From the NCBI GenBank assembly GCA_004764695.1, contig SMSO01000035.1:186001-250000 (forward strand): a DNA stretch of 64,000 bases, read 5' to 3'. The notes under the pieces were generated by a model. The model saw only the letters and a program-made list of their open reading frames with translations, searched no databases and was not told the DNA's origin. This document shows positions 11,453-21,505 of this stretch, in pieces; within the stretch, counting starts at the first letter, position 1; the number at the start of each line of letters is the position of its first letter. The stretch is from Schizochytrium sp. TIO01. Lineage: Eukaryota > Protista > Bigyra: Labyrinthulomycetes. Made by a program: the position numbers and the translations under genes.

Positions 11453-12502
11453 ATGAAGTCCATCTTCGCGCTCGCTCTGGTGACCTGCTTGGCCTTGGTG
11501 CCCTCGACCCTGGCAACACCTGTGCCTTTAGAGGACTTTCTCCAAGAACTATTGGAGGAGAACGTTACCCCGCGCCGTGTACAGGTTGTGGCCCATCTTC
11601 CTGAAGGTGCCACTGTCATCGAGATTGCTGAGACTTTGCAAGAGATGGAGTCTCTCGCGAGGCTTTTTTTCGCAGAAGAGGAGAATAGCTATGAAGGCCT
11701 ATTGAGACAGAATGGTGTGTCTTTACCAATTTCTAGCCGCCAGAGCTCGCACATACGTGGTAGTAGTATTGAAGAGCTTGATTTTGTTGCCGAGATGCCA
11801 ACGAATGAGGAAGTTGAGTTGGGTTCTGGAGCTGATCGGGAAGACATGGTCCCACGTTTATACTCTTGCCAGCGCGAAGTTGAGGATTTTTGTCAGCACT
11901 CTATTCCTTTCGATGTTAGCCGGCCCCTTAATGCTGGCGAGTTTTCTAATGTTATTTCCTGTCTTCAGGACCATGTCATGCATGCCAGTTCTAAATGTGC
12001 CGCAGCGATTCGGCATCTTGAGGTTACAAAGTATTGCCAGTCCGATGTGAAGTCGTTCTGTGCTTCTGTGATTCCGGGCGATGGACGTGTTCATGGATGC
12101 CTTGTTACAAATTCTGTGGACATCTCAGAAACCTGCAAGAAATATCTTGTGGAGAAAAAAGATGAAATCAAGCACCAGCGAGACCAGCAGGCTTACGAGG
12201 TCGAAAATAACGAGGTGTATGGATTCACAAGAGTATACACTATTCGTAAGGTCATTCCATTCTTTGGTCATCTGAACGATGGCTCTATTGACTACTTTAG
12301 GTTCTTTTATCTCTGGTTGACATTGTTCAGCACTTTTATCACAGCCCTTTTCCTCTCTATCTACACAGCTCGTCTTATTCGTTCCTGCTGGGAGTATTTC
12401 AGTAGCGCAGAAGATGGCAATTTGGATACCGAAGGTGCTATTTCTGATTCAAAAGAGAACGCTGAAATTAAGGAGATGGGCTATCAACCTATGACGGTGT
12501 AA
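11453..12502 (+). CDS. Type I membrane protein with two GLG1/Cys-rich-FGFR-type cysteine-rich repeats
   Basis: Signal peptide MKSIFALALVTCLALVPSTLA; repeats CQREVEDFC...VISCLQDH...SSKCAAAI and CQSDVKSFC..V.PGDGRVHGCL....ISETCKKYL; one TM helix (FFYLWLTLFSTFITALFLSIY); cytosolic tail ending YQPMTV (YxxPhi). Confidence 0.78.
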   Translation: MKSIFALALVTCLALVPSTLATPVPLEDFLQELLEENVTPRRVQVVAHLPEGATVIEIAETLQEMESLARLFFAEEENSYEGLLRQNGVSLPISSRQSSHIRGSSIEELDFVAEMPTNEEVELGSGADREDMVPRLYSCQREVEDFCQHSIPFDVSRPLNAGEFSNVISCLQDHVMHASSKCAAAIRHLEVTKYCQSDVKSFCASVIPGDGRVHGCLVTNSVDISETCKKYLVEKKDEIKHQRDQQAYEVENNEVYGFTRVYTIRKVIPFFGHLNDGSIDYFRFFYLWLTLFSTFITALFLSIYTARLIRSCWEYFSSAEDGNLDTEGAISDSKENAEIKEMGYQPMTV

Positions 12503-13190
12503 ATCTGCCCACTCATACGCTAACTCCCCCCTCCATAACAACCTCTTTTATACAGGTTTCTGGATTCTATGTAGAGTACCCTTTATCCATTTTACAGCTT
12601 TTACCTGACATGTTCTATTTGTGTTTGTAACATTTCCGAAAAGCATCATGTGTATAATTTTCAAGCCTAACGATAGCTGTAGCCTTCCGAATAATTCTTG
12701 AAGGTTGTACTTTATTCAAAACCTGAACTATTCTCGTTTTCTTTCGACTGTAAATCATGAATCCAAAACCAACGAGATCTGTACTGCAATTGAAAAAAGT
12801 AAAAAAAAAGGGACCACAAGACTCTAGAGAAACCATCTCATCATTTCTTTCTTCTTCTTCTTCTTCTTCTTCTAATTCTTCTTGAAAAAATCTAAAAAAG
12901 GGCTTCACCTTTGAGTTGCTATATGATACATAAATACTACGTCACTCTTAAAAAGTTCATCCATCAAAACATTTAACTTCTTTTGAGTACTTCGATTGGG
13001 AGAGCTTGTTGCAAGCTCCTTTAACCAAACCCTACTTCAACGCCAGACAGATACCTGCCTTAAACCATTCAACTTGTGTAAATCCGAGGGGCTCTCGAAC
13101 CTTAGGAGCTAGTTGATTTGCAAGGACGCTTGCACTGCATTCTCAATCGTTGGGCAAGTTTAGTCGTTACCACAAAGCACTGCTGAGATC

Positions 13191-13738
13191 ATGACCGCCT
13201 CCGATAATTTTGCAGCACTTCGCGATAAGGCCACAGACCTTGCACGCGCAACACTAGAGACGAGGTTCCAGGGTCATGATAAGTACCACGCCACTCAGGT
13301 AAGTTGGAAACCAGAATAGCTACTGATGGTGGTTTGTTTGCCTTGTCTGGGAGCTGGTATCGCCATGTTCAGACAAAACTGACATGTGTGACAATTGAGC
13401 TTTGTATAAACAGATGCAAGAAATTGCAGAACAAGTTCCTGCAGAGATTACGGAAAAGCTGGCAGGCCTATCAGAAAACTTTAAATTTGTTGGTAAGTTC
13501 GATTGAGGACGCTGGCCAGGGCTAGACGATCATATCACTAATAAATCGTACTTGGTCAAACTACACGTATAACACAGTAACCTGCCAAGTAATTCCAAAG
13601 GCAGGAGCAAGTCGCTTTGGTATCCATGCAAGCAACTCGTGCATCCTTGACGCGTCTAAGGATGGATCATGCACGATCCAATGGGAAAATGGAGCAATAT
13701 TCTGTTTGGTGAATATTTTCGGGTTGCATGTGCAATAG
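13191..13738 (+). CDS. Tctex-1 family dynein light chain, 3 exons, 115 aa (absent from the ORF track)
   Basis: Exons 13191-13298, 13414-13492 and 13578-13738; both introns are GTAAGT...CAG with CTGAC/CTAAT branch-like motifs. Spliced product MTASDNF...KYHATQ-MQEIAEQVPAEITEKLAGLSENFKFV-VTCQVIPKAGASRFGIHASNSCILDASKDGSCTIQWENGAIFCLVNIFGLHVQ matches the Tctex-1 pattern (FKYIVTCVI...G.H.ASSC.WD...DGSCTVRWEN..MYC.V..FGL). Confidence 0.92.
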
Positions 13739-13833
13739 GAACAACAAAACGACAGTTAAACGAAACATAAAAATATATACTAATACATTCTCCAAATTGA
13801 GCTCAAAGCCTACAGATATTGCGATTATTGCAA

Positions 13834-16766
13834 TCATGGTCTGTCTAAATCTAAATCTCTTGTGTCACCGTTGACTGCTTGCAATAAAAGCATTTCTAGT
13901 ATCTTATCTTCGTCGTCATCATCATCATCACTAGTATGAGTAGCTACTGCGTCAGCATCGTTCAAGAGATCCAAGAGGCTTGCGTTCGTCGCAAACGACT
14001 CGAGGGGTCTTTGAGCACCCTGTGCTCTTGCTCCCCGTTCTGGATGAAGCCGAGTCTGGTTCGCACGAGGCGCTGATTTGGGTTTGGAAGATACTTCCAA
14101 CATCGGGCCCTTCGCAGAAATCAAACCTCTATCATCATCACTATCTGACTCGACTTGCGATGCAGCATCCGATTCATTAGCAAATGATGCCTCTTCGACG
14201 CTGTGAGTAACGTCATCCCTGGTGTGAGGCACGGAATGCTCCTGGGGAGCGGTTCCTGGTCGGGAAGGGGTGAAGCTACTGGCAAGGCCAAGGCCGGGCA
14301 AAAGACCTCGCCGTTCTGCATTCCGTAATGTCCCAAGAAGAGCATTACGTTCCCGGCGCAAATTGTACACTTCTGTTTCCCTCCGCCTCAGACGATCTTC
14401 AAGGTATAAGACTTTACTAGATTCCTCGCGCTCTTCCGCGTTAGCCAGTCTTGCAAGCTCACGCTCCTGCTGTTTTACACAAACTCTAGCAGCAGAGATT
14501 TCTGCCAGTAATGCTGCATTACCTTCCTCTAGTGATATCCTTCGTTTTGCTTCCTCCTGTGAAACCTCTTCAAGCGCACGTTTCATTGATGTTTGAGAAT
14601 TTGTGCGGACCTGCTGAATTTCTTGTTCAAGTTCTAATGCACGTTTCTCAAAACGATCAGCCCGAGTTCCTTGTTCCTCTGCTTTCTGTTGTGCGCTGCG
14701 TAGCCGCTGTTCGATTTCCAACGCGCTTTTAATTGCTTGCTGAGTCTCTCTTTGTGCTACTTGTCGATTCGTTCGTTCGCGTTTCAGTGTCTCTTTGTAG
14801 TTTGCCATACGCAAAGAAAGCTCACGCATCTTGAAAGGAAGACTTTGTAAACGGTCTTCATAATTCTTTACACGGCTAAACAATGCCCCTAGAGCGACCG
14901 TGTCATTGTCAACCTTGTTTGCCATTGCCAATACCATTTCCTTTGAGCGAAATGTTTGATTGGATATCTGTTGCAGTGACATTGAAAGCTCATGGCAGCG
15001 CTTCTCAAACCGGTGTGATTGCTCGATTGCTAATTGACGTTCACATCTCAGGCGTTCACATTTTTCTTGGGCCATATCTAGCTCATGCCGCAATTGGTCA
15101 CTCTCTTGGGACGCACGCAAGTTAGCTCGTTTCGTTTCTAAGCGAGCTGCACGATCTTGAACTAAAAGTTGGAACACCTTTTCTCGCCATAGCGTGACGA
15201 GAGTTTGAGCGCTTGGGATCTCGCCCTTATCCTTGGCGGATACAATTGCACGTTCCTGTGCCACAAGGAGGCTTTCAAGAGCTTCTAGACGTGCATGCTC
15301 GTTAAATCCTTTTCGTTGCACTTGTAGAGTGAGCGATGCATTTTCTTTGCGAAGCTGTTGGAGACTATTCGAACTTTCTCGGAGTCGAGTTTTACACTCT
15401 TTAAGATCTAGTTGCGTCTGATTTAACTGTTCCTGCAATTCAACGGCGAAAGATTTCGCTGCTTCGGCATTTGCAGCGCTTTCTTTAGCCATGCTTTCAA
15501 ATTGTAGTAACTCGAGGCGTAGGGAGTCGTTTGTTTGCACCGCTACTGTGTGAGAATCGACCTTCGCACTGCTAGCAGTGTAGCCTTCAACGGTTTTGCA
15601 ATTTGCCACAGGAAGTGTAGAAACAAGTACTGAGGTATCAGGATCTCCTTCTTCGACAGAATTTCTATAAAGATCCACCTCAGGCATTCGAGTACCACCC
15701 ATGGCACCCAAGGAAGCCTGAGTTTCCTGTTCAGAAAAAGTTGGCACAATTGTACTTTCATGACGGGTTGGCGGCGAGGAAGGTGCCACATGCTGCAGTG
15801 AGCTGGCACGCACAGCCTCAAGCTGCTGTAAGAGCTGAGTTACAAGAGTACGCTCCTCTTGCATAGCTGTTCGCTCTTCATTTAAAGCGTTTCGTGCTTC
15901 CACAAGCGCATGTAATTCATTATGTTCCGAAGCTCTAATTGAGAAGACTTCATTTTGGCTGTTCTTATCCCTGATTTCTTCTTTGGAACTACCTACAATA
16001 GCAGCAGAAGAATCGTGACTAGGTCGAGGTGGCCTTGCAGGAGGCTCTGTTTGAGCTGCGAAGTCTCTGGCACGTACAACTTGCTCTGATTTCACGAAAG
16101 GCACGCCGTCAAGCATCCTGAGCCAGGGAAAACGTTGCGAAATCACCTTACGATAGTCGTTTCGGCGAGCCACTGGGTTTCCACTAAGTAAAATTGATGT
16201 CAAGGATTCCTTCCATGCGTGAAGACCTTGAAGCTGATCAATATTAGAGATAGCATTGTACCGGAGATCTAGTATCTTTATGCAAGGGTTGCATGAGGTA
16301 GACGGGCCTCGGACTGTTTCAATCTGGTTGCTAGAAAGATTGAGCTCCTCTAGCAATGGTAGGCAGCTCACGTCATGGATATCAAAGTCTTTAACCGCAT
16401 TTGAGGACAAATCTACCTTCACGAGCGAAGGCAAGAGGTCTAGGTTCTCTATAACTGATATTTCTGTGATGGTATATTGCATGCAAGCCAGGTCAAACAA
16501 AGTCAGTGCTAATTCCATAACCTCATAGAACTCCCTGGAATACGGATTTGCATGAAACTCGGTGACTGGCGCCACTACCTTCATCTCGGTGAAAATATTC
16601 CTCCTTGTTGTTGTCTAGTTACTCGTCAGGTTCATGAGCTCACTGGAGCTCAAGTTCGTTGCTTTCCATTGTTCAACTTACGTTCATAGGAGAGGTCAAG
16701 CTCTGTAACGCGGGGGTGATATTTATTTCGGACCTTCTCCGCAAGCTCGCGTGAGAACCTCCGCAT
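13834..16766 (-). CDS. SDS22-type LRR protein with a CCHCR1/HCR-like coiled-coil rod, 2 exons, ~904 aa
   Basis: Exon 1 16766-16682 (MRRFSRELAEKVRNKYHPRVTELDLSYE), intron 16681-16464 (GTAAGT...CACAG), exon 2 16463-13834. Splicing completes an LRR (LDLSYEQISVIENL). Further LRRs LNLSSNQI and LDLRYNAI, plus an LRR cap (LSGNPV...YRKVI...FPWLRMLDG); rod motifs LVTLWREKVFQLLVQ and LRRERNALLGTLR. Confidence 0.85.
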
Positions 16767-17267
16767 CTTCGTTGCATCCCGATCGGAGCGAGCTCTGTGG
16801 GAGCGCTACTACAGACCAAGACGAGAATCACAGTTAGCAGATTACCTGAAACAAAGCATTATACGGAATTCCGTATAAGTCAAAAGGAAAATACTTCGGC
16901 GCAATGTAGCTCCGAAGTGGCCCGACTAAGATCAAGGCTTCTCAAATGACGCTGATAATTATGAGATGGAAGCCATTTTATTTTTTTTAAAAGAAGAGGA
17001 AAACGAATGAAGGCCATTGTAAACTAGTCATTATCTTGCCCACGCCTAAAGAAAGATAACATTAAAATTATCCTGCGGAATGAGGATGAGTCAAATTAGG
17101 GGTCTATTTGTGCGCGTTGTTGTTGGACAATTGAGACTAAAGGTCTGATGAGATTCACGACCATATTTAGTAGTGTTTGATAATATGGCGATAACTTCTT
17201 TGGTCTGTACTTGGCCAGCGCTATGTTTCTTTTTCTTGGCCCGAATCTGGTCGAGACAAGTATATGG

Positions 17268-19463
17268 TTATTCGTGTGTCTCACACCACTGCATAAATAA
17301 TTGTGTAGTTTGCAATTTGGCCAAATATTGCCAAGGCGGAGAAATGGACAAGTTGCGGCCTTGCAAGAGAGGTACAAAATTTGCAAGGTCGCGCTCAGCT
17401 TCATCGCAAACGTCTGTATTTGAATCTGGTGGTATGGAGCTTGCAACAGCCAAGTTGCCTGCTGAGCGACCGAAAAAACGGCAAGCCTCCAGCAATCCGG
17501 TAAGATGTTTATGCACAGCGGTTAACAATGGTTGTACATCTGCGCCCTCGCCAATGTGATAAACGAGCTCGCTTAATCCAGGAAGCTTGAGTGCATGGTA
17601 AGAAGTAGAAAGTGCTTGACTCAGTTCTAGGCGGCCCTCTTCTAAGTGCACTACAACTGCTTCTTGACGGCCATTATCATGGTACGCTAAAGAATTAGTC
17701 GTAGATTCTGATGCATGCTCAGCATCATCTACGTCCTGTACTTCCGCCGGTACTTCCCTTGCTCCTACAAATACTGGCACTGGTGCATCACAAACCATAC
17801 TTAGATTTGGAGGTAGTAGAGGAATGAAGGGTTGTACCCATACTGCAGGTCGAATCAACGGAAGTAGTGCGAAAGCTGCAGCAGTCAATCGACGCAAGTT
17901 CGCGCCTACAACTACAACTTTGAGTTCTAGCAGAAGACATCCAGCCAAGAAGAGTATTTGATCTAACGGAAGAGATTCCAACAAAGTCGACAAACCCCAG
18001 TCAAGGAATAAGTCCGAACGACGCGTCCAATGCATAGGCCACTCCCAGAACAGACCCGCCCCTGAGTCAATTCGAAAACCCGGCCCAGCAAGAGAGCAAT
18101 CGATTTCGGCAACGCTATCCATGACGCCTTGGAGAACTGCATCTCGACCTTCGTCAGAACCTCTTGCAACCTCGTCGAGCAATCGTAGTATCTGTTCACC
18201 AAGGTGAAAAAACGGGTGTTTCGTGAGCAAACACATACAAATTAATCCATCAGACAAGCAAATACCGTAAGTCGCATTGTCGAGACAAGAAAAGCCGCGT
18301 GTGAGTGGGGTTGCAGATTCTCCACTCAACATAAACACAAAGCATGCAAGGTTATCTGGACTACCTTGGCGGAAACAAAATTGCTCAACATTGCTGGGCA
18401 CCTGATCTTTGGCGTTGCTTGGCCAACAATAGGAAAGATTATCGTTGCTATCAATGATTATCACATGTGAAAAAAGTTTAGTCCGAGATGATTGGACATC
18501 CCCCATTCGCGGTGAACACTCACTCAAGTCCACGCTTAGTGGTGTCATGCCGAAACCTTCACTACAAAGTTCTGGCACCGCAGGTGGTAAGTCAAGTTTT
18601 GGAGATAATCTTCCACCTCCATTCGACCCGGCCCACCATGGCTTTGGGGAATTCAAGGTCGAGACTGGAGAAATATGAGCAAGCGCTTCTTGAGCTTGGA
18701 GCCTTTCTTCAAGGTCCTTAACTTGCCGTTCTAATTTGGTACACTCTGAGCGCCACTTCTTGACGCGTTTACCAAGTTCCTTATTCACTGCGATTTCTTG
18801 CTCGTGCTTATTTTTCCAGCGCCTTGCATTCTCTCTAAGCATTTCGTTCTCTTGTTCTAGTCTTCGTAGGCGTTCCGTGTATCGCATTTCACTTCGTTGG
18901 GTTTGGATTCGAAATGCTTGCTTTTCGTTACTTTTAAGTCTTCTATCGGGAGACGTTCCCTTTCCTTTGCTTTGTCTCGTGTCAGGGTAAGCACAATTTC
19001 CGGGTGCTCTTGTTTCATGTTCCTCGTTCTCGCCAATTTCGCTATGGAAGCTGTTCATCCAGTTCTCATTAGACTGACTGTTGGTGAACTGATGGATCTG
19101 ATCTACGCGACGTCTTCTTTCTTTAGAAGAGGCTGGTGTTTTTGCATCATGATTCCAGCTTTTGCTACGTGTCTTTTTAACAGGGGTGTCTGTAGTATGT
19201 TTTGATTTCGAGCTAGTTTTGCTGCTTCCAAGAAGTTTGTTGATTTCGTCTGCATTTTCGTTGTCATCATCTTCTTCAAGATCATCACCAGCTTTCAACA
19301 TGTTCGGATGGTAGAATGTATTGTTATTATCCAATTTGAAATCTTCATCATAATCGTCCTCTTTGTATTCAGCATGCTGTTTTATATTCATAGATACTTG
19401 CGCTACCTCTTGGTTATGTGTGGCTGCGCTGATGCGACGTCGGCCATTCAGGAGCTCGTCCAT
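17268..19463 (-). CDS. DENN-domain protein (putative Rab GEF) with N-terminal low-complexity and coiled-coil region
   Basis: uDENN/cDENN motifs VEQFCF, FVFMLS, YGICL, CLLTKHPFF, LLLELKVVVVGANLRRLT and LIRP..W..PFIPLLP......DAPVPVFVG. Confidence 0.87.
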   Translation of the reverse strand: MDELLNGRRRISAATHNQEVAQVSMNIKQHAEYKEDDYDEDFKLDNNNTFYHPNMLKAGDDLEEDDDNENADEINKLLGSSKTSSKSKHTTDTPVKKTRSKSWNHDAKTPASSKERRRRVDQIHQFTNSQSNENWMNSFHSEIGENEEHETRAPGNCAYPDTRQSKGKGTSPDRRLKSNEKQAFRIQTQRSEMRYTERLRRLEQENEMLRENARRWKNKHEQEIAVNKELGKRVKKWRSECTKLERQVKDLEERLQAQEALAHISPVSTLNSPKPWWAGSNGGGRLSPKLDLPPAVPELCSEGFGMTPLSVDLSECSPRMGDVQSSRTKLFSHVIIIDSNDNLSYCWPSNAKDQVPSNVEQFCFRQGSPDNLACFVFMLSGESATPLTRGFSCLDNATYGICLSDGLICMCLLTKHPFFHLGEQILRLLDEVARGSDEGRDAVLQGVMDSVAEIDCSLAGPGFRIDSGAGLFWEWPMHWTRRSDLFLDWGLSTLLESLPLDQILFLAGCLLLELKVVVVGANLRRLTAAAFALLPLIRPAVWVQPFIPLLPPNLSMVCDAPVPVFVGAREVPAEVQDVDDAEHASESTTNSLAYHDNGRQEAVVVHLEEGRLELSQALSTSYHALKLPGLSELVYHIGEGADVQPLLTAVHKHLTGLLEACRFFGRSAGNLAVASSIPPDSNTDVCDEAERDLANFVPLLQGRNLSISPPWQYLAKLQTTQLFMQWCETHE

Positions 19464-20272
19464 GGTACTTTTACAACACTGGTCTACCTAGCAAAGGCAG
19501 TGCTGTAAAGAGAGGGTTTTTAACTCGCCAAATCTCCTTGGGTTAGTTTTGCCTTACGCTCCTTCCCTTTTGGGCTGGCAACGGGGCGGGCTTGCTGACG
19601 ACTTGAGTTTTCCTTTCAAAGTGAACATATTCAACGGAAACTTTTTCTCCTCCATTTCTATTTGAATGTTAGGAGCAGTAATAGTTGTCACTAGCCATTT
19701 TCTTAAGAGGTCGGAAAAAATTGATCTTCTTATAGTTTTGACTATGTATCTATTTATTCTGTGGGCTTGTGGTAAATCTAGAAGATATTGTAAGTAGTTC
19801 TCTCTGCCATATAATTTAGACACTCTAAATGTTATCAAACAGAACAAAGCGCCACGTGTGGGCTCGATGATTTATCTAGAACGTTAAACATTAATGTTTA
19901 AGGAAAACTTGCTTAAGCGGTTTATTAATTTAAGTTCTGTCTGCAAGTATTAAAAGTAAGTTAAAAAACCATCAGAGGGGCCTAGCCTGATAACACAATG
20001 TAGAGGCATAATCGTCAAGCATGGAATCAAGTATGACACTACTGGTCTTGCCGCCGATTTGGTGCCATGTTTCTCTTAAGAGAACAATAGCGTTTGACAA
20101 CACAGCCATTTAATTTAACAAACTGTGAGTGGCGAATTTTGCTGGATCATACCTGCTTTTATAACTAAGCAGGAAATTAGAACATAAAAGTCACCCGAGT
20201 ATAATCTGACTTAGGTGGAGAGAATCTGAATGATGATGGTCAACATGCGAGTTTTGCGTTTTCTAATTATGT

Positions 20273-21505
20273 TTACTTGGGAAGGCCAGTGGTGGCATCG
20301 ACAAGGCATTTCGCCTCGTCGGTGACCTCGTCAGATCCGGGGCCGACACGGGTGTGGATGATGTACTTGAGGTTACCACGCAGGTTCTTGGTCTCCTCCT
20401 TGACGGGGTGGGCCTCCATGATCTCCTTGGCAGAGAGAGAGGTCTGGCCGCGGACGCAAAAGTCCTCCTGTTCAGCAGAGCTCGGGCCAAAGTCCTCAAG
20501 GAGTGCCTTGAGAACCTTCTCTACATGCTGTTCCTCGAGAAAGATAACTGCGTTAGGGCCGGCGTCGAAAGTGTAGCAGCAGATGGGGCCATCGGTTTCC
20601 TGGTTGTTGATGGCATGCACAAGGCGCGAAACATTGTGAGAGGTGTCAGTCATGTACGCAATAGGCGGGTAGGTATCGAGGCAGGTCGCATGGAACTGGT
20701 TGCTGTCCTTCATGCTCAGCTCAGCGAACGCCTTGAAGTCCTTGGCCTTAACGGCTTCCTCCATAGCCTTCATGCGCTTGGGTACTACGTGTTCCGCGCG
20801 GAACTTAAGCAGCTCACTCGTACGCACAGAGTCAATCATGCCTCCTGTGCTGCTGGTGGTCTTCTTGTGATCAGACACGACACAAATAAGCGCGTGCATG
20901 TTAGGCCAGTGCTCTTCAGGTGCCACTTGGTACGCACGCGAGTCTACTCCATCATCCTGAACTCCCATTTCCCACTTGACATAGCCTCCATACAAACTAC
21001 GGGATGCGCTGCCAGAGCCTGCACGGGCAATCTCCGTGAGCTCACCCTCGTGGGCCTCCTTGACGCGGAAGACGAGAGAGAGAGCCTTGACAAGGCATGC
21101 GTAGCCAGAGGCCGAAGAGGCCAAACCAGCAGCAGTCGGGAAAGAGTTTCGCGAGACCACGTGAATCTTGTAATTTTTCAGGTCAGAGCTTGCCACAAGC
21201 ACATTCCCGCTCTCATCAACAATATCTCCAGCACGTGCACGGATGGCCTCGAAGACGCCTTGCATGCGCTTGTTGGACGCGAGGTCGGCCTCTTCCTTGT
21301 CGTTAAGCCAGACGCGGTCCTGGTCGAAGTCGGGACTGATGGCAACAGAGGTAATAGTCTGCAGATCGTCCTGGTGCAGAGTCACAGAAAGCGAGGAGTT
21401 GATTGGCAAGTTGAGCTTGCTGTCACGCTTGCCCCAGTACTTGATCACAGCGATGTTAGTCGGTGCGCTCGCCGTCGCCACAAAGACGCCATCGTGGCCC
21501 GCCAT
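20273..21505 (-). CDS. MVD: Diphosphomevalonate decarboxylase (mevalonate pathway)
   Basis: APTNIAVIKYWGKRD, NSSLSVTL, FPTAAGLASSASG (GHMP motif), GSGSASRS, DSNQFHATCLDT and YTFDAGPNA. Confidence 0.98.
   Translation of the reverse strand: MAGHDGVFVATASAPTNIAVIKYWGKRDSKLNLPINSSLSVTLHQDDLQTITSVAISPDFDQDRVWLNDKEEADLASNKRMQGVFEAIRARAGDIVDESGNVLVASSDLKNYKIHVVSRNSFPTAAGLASSASGYACLVKALSLVFRVKEAHEGELTEIARAGSGSASRSLYGGYVKWEMGVQDDGVDSRAYQVAPEEHWPNMHALICVVSDHKKTTSSTGGMIDSVRTSELLKFRAEHVVPKRMKAMEEAVKAKDFKAFAELSMKDSNQFHATCLDTYPPIAYMTDTSHNVSRLVHAINNQETDGPICCYTFDAGPNAVIFLEEQHVEKVLKALLEDFGPSSAEQEDFCVRGQTSLSAKEIMEAHPVKEETKNLRGNLKYIIHTRVGPGSDEVTDEAKCLVDATTGLPK

Noticed and set aside
13304-13525. 73-aa ORF in the track
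   Set aside because: Out-of-frame read across the Tctex-1 introns and exon 2.
13637-13676. Imperfect inverted repeat (TCGTGCAT...ATGCACGA)
   Set aside because: Falls within Tctex-1 coding exon 3 and is explained by the two SC codon pairs.
16464-16584. ORF-track N-terminus MKVVAPVTEF... of the LRR protein
   Set aside because: Lies inside a canonical intron; the upstream exon gives a better LRR.
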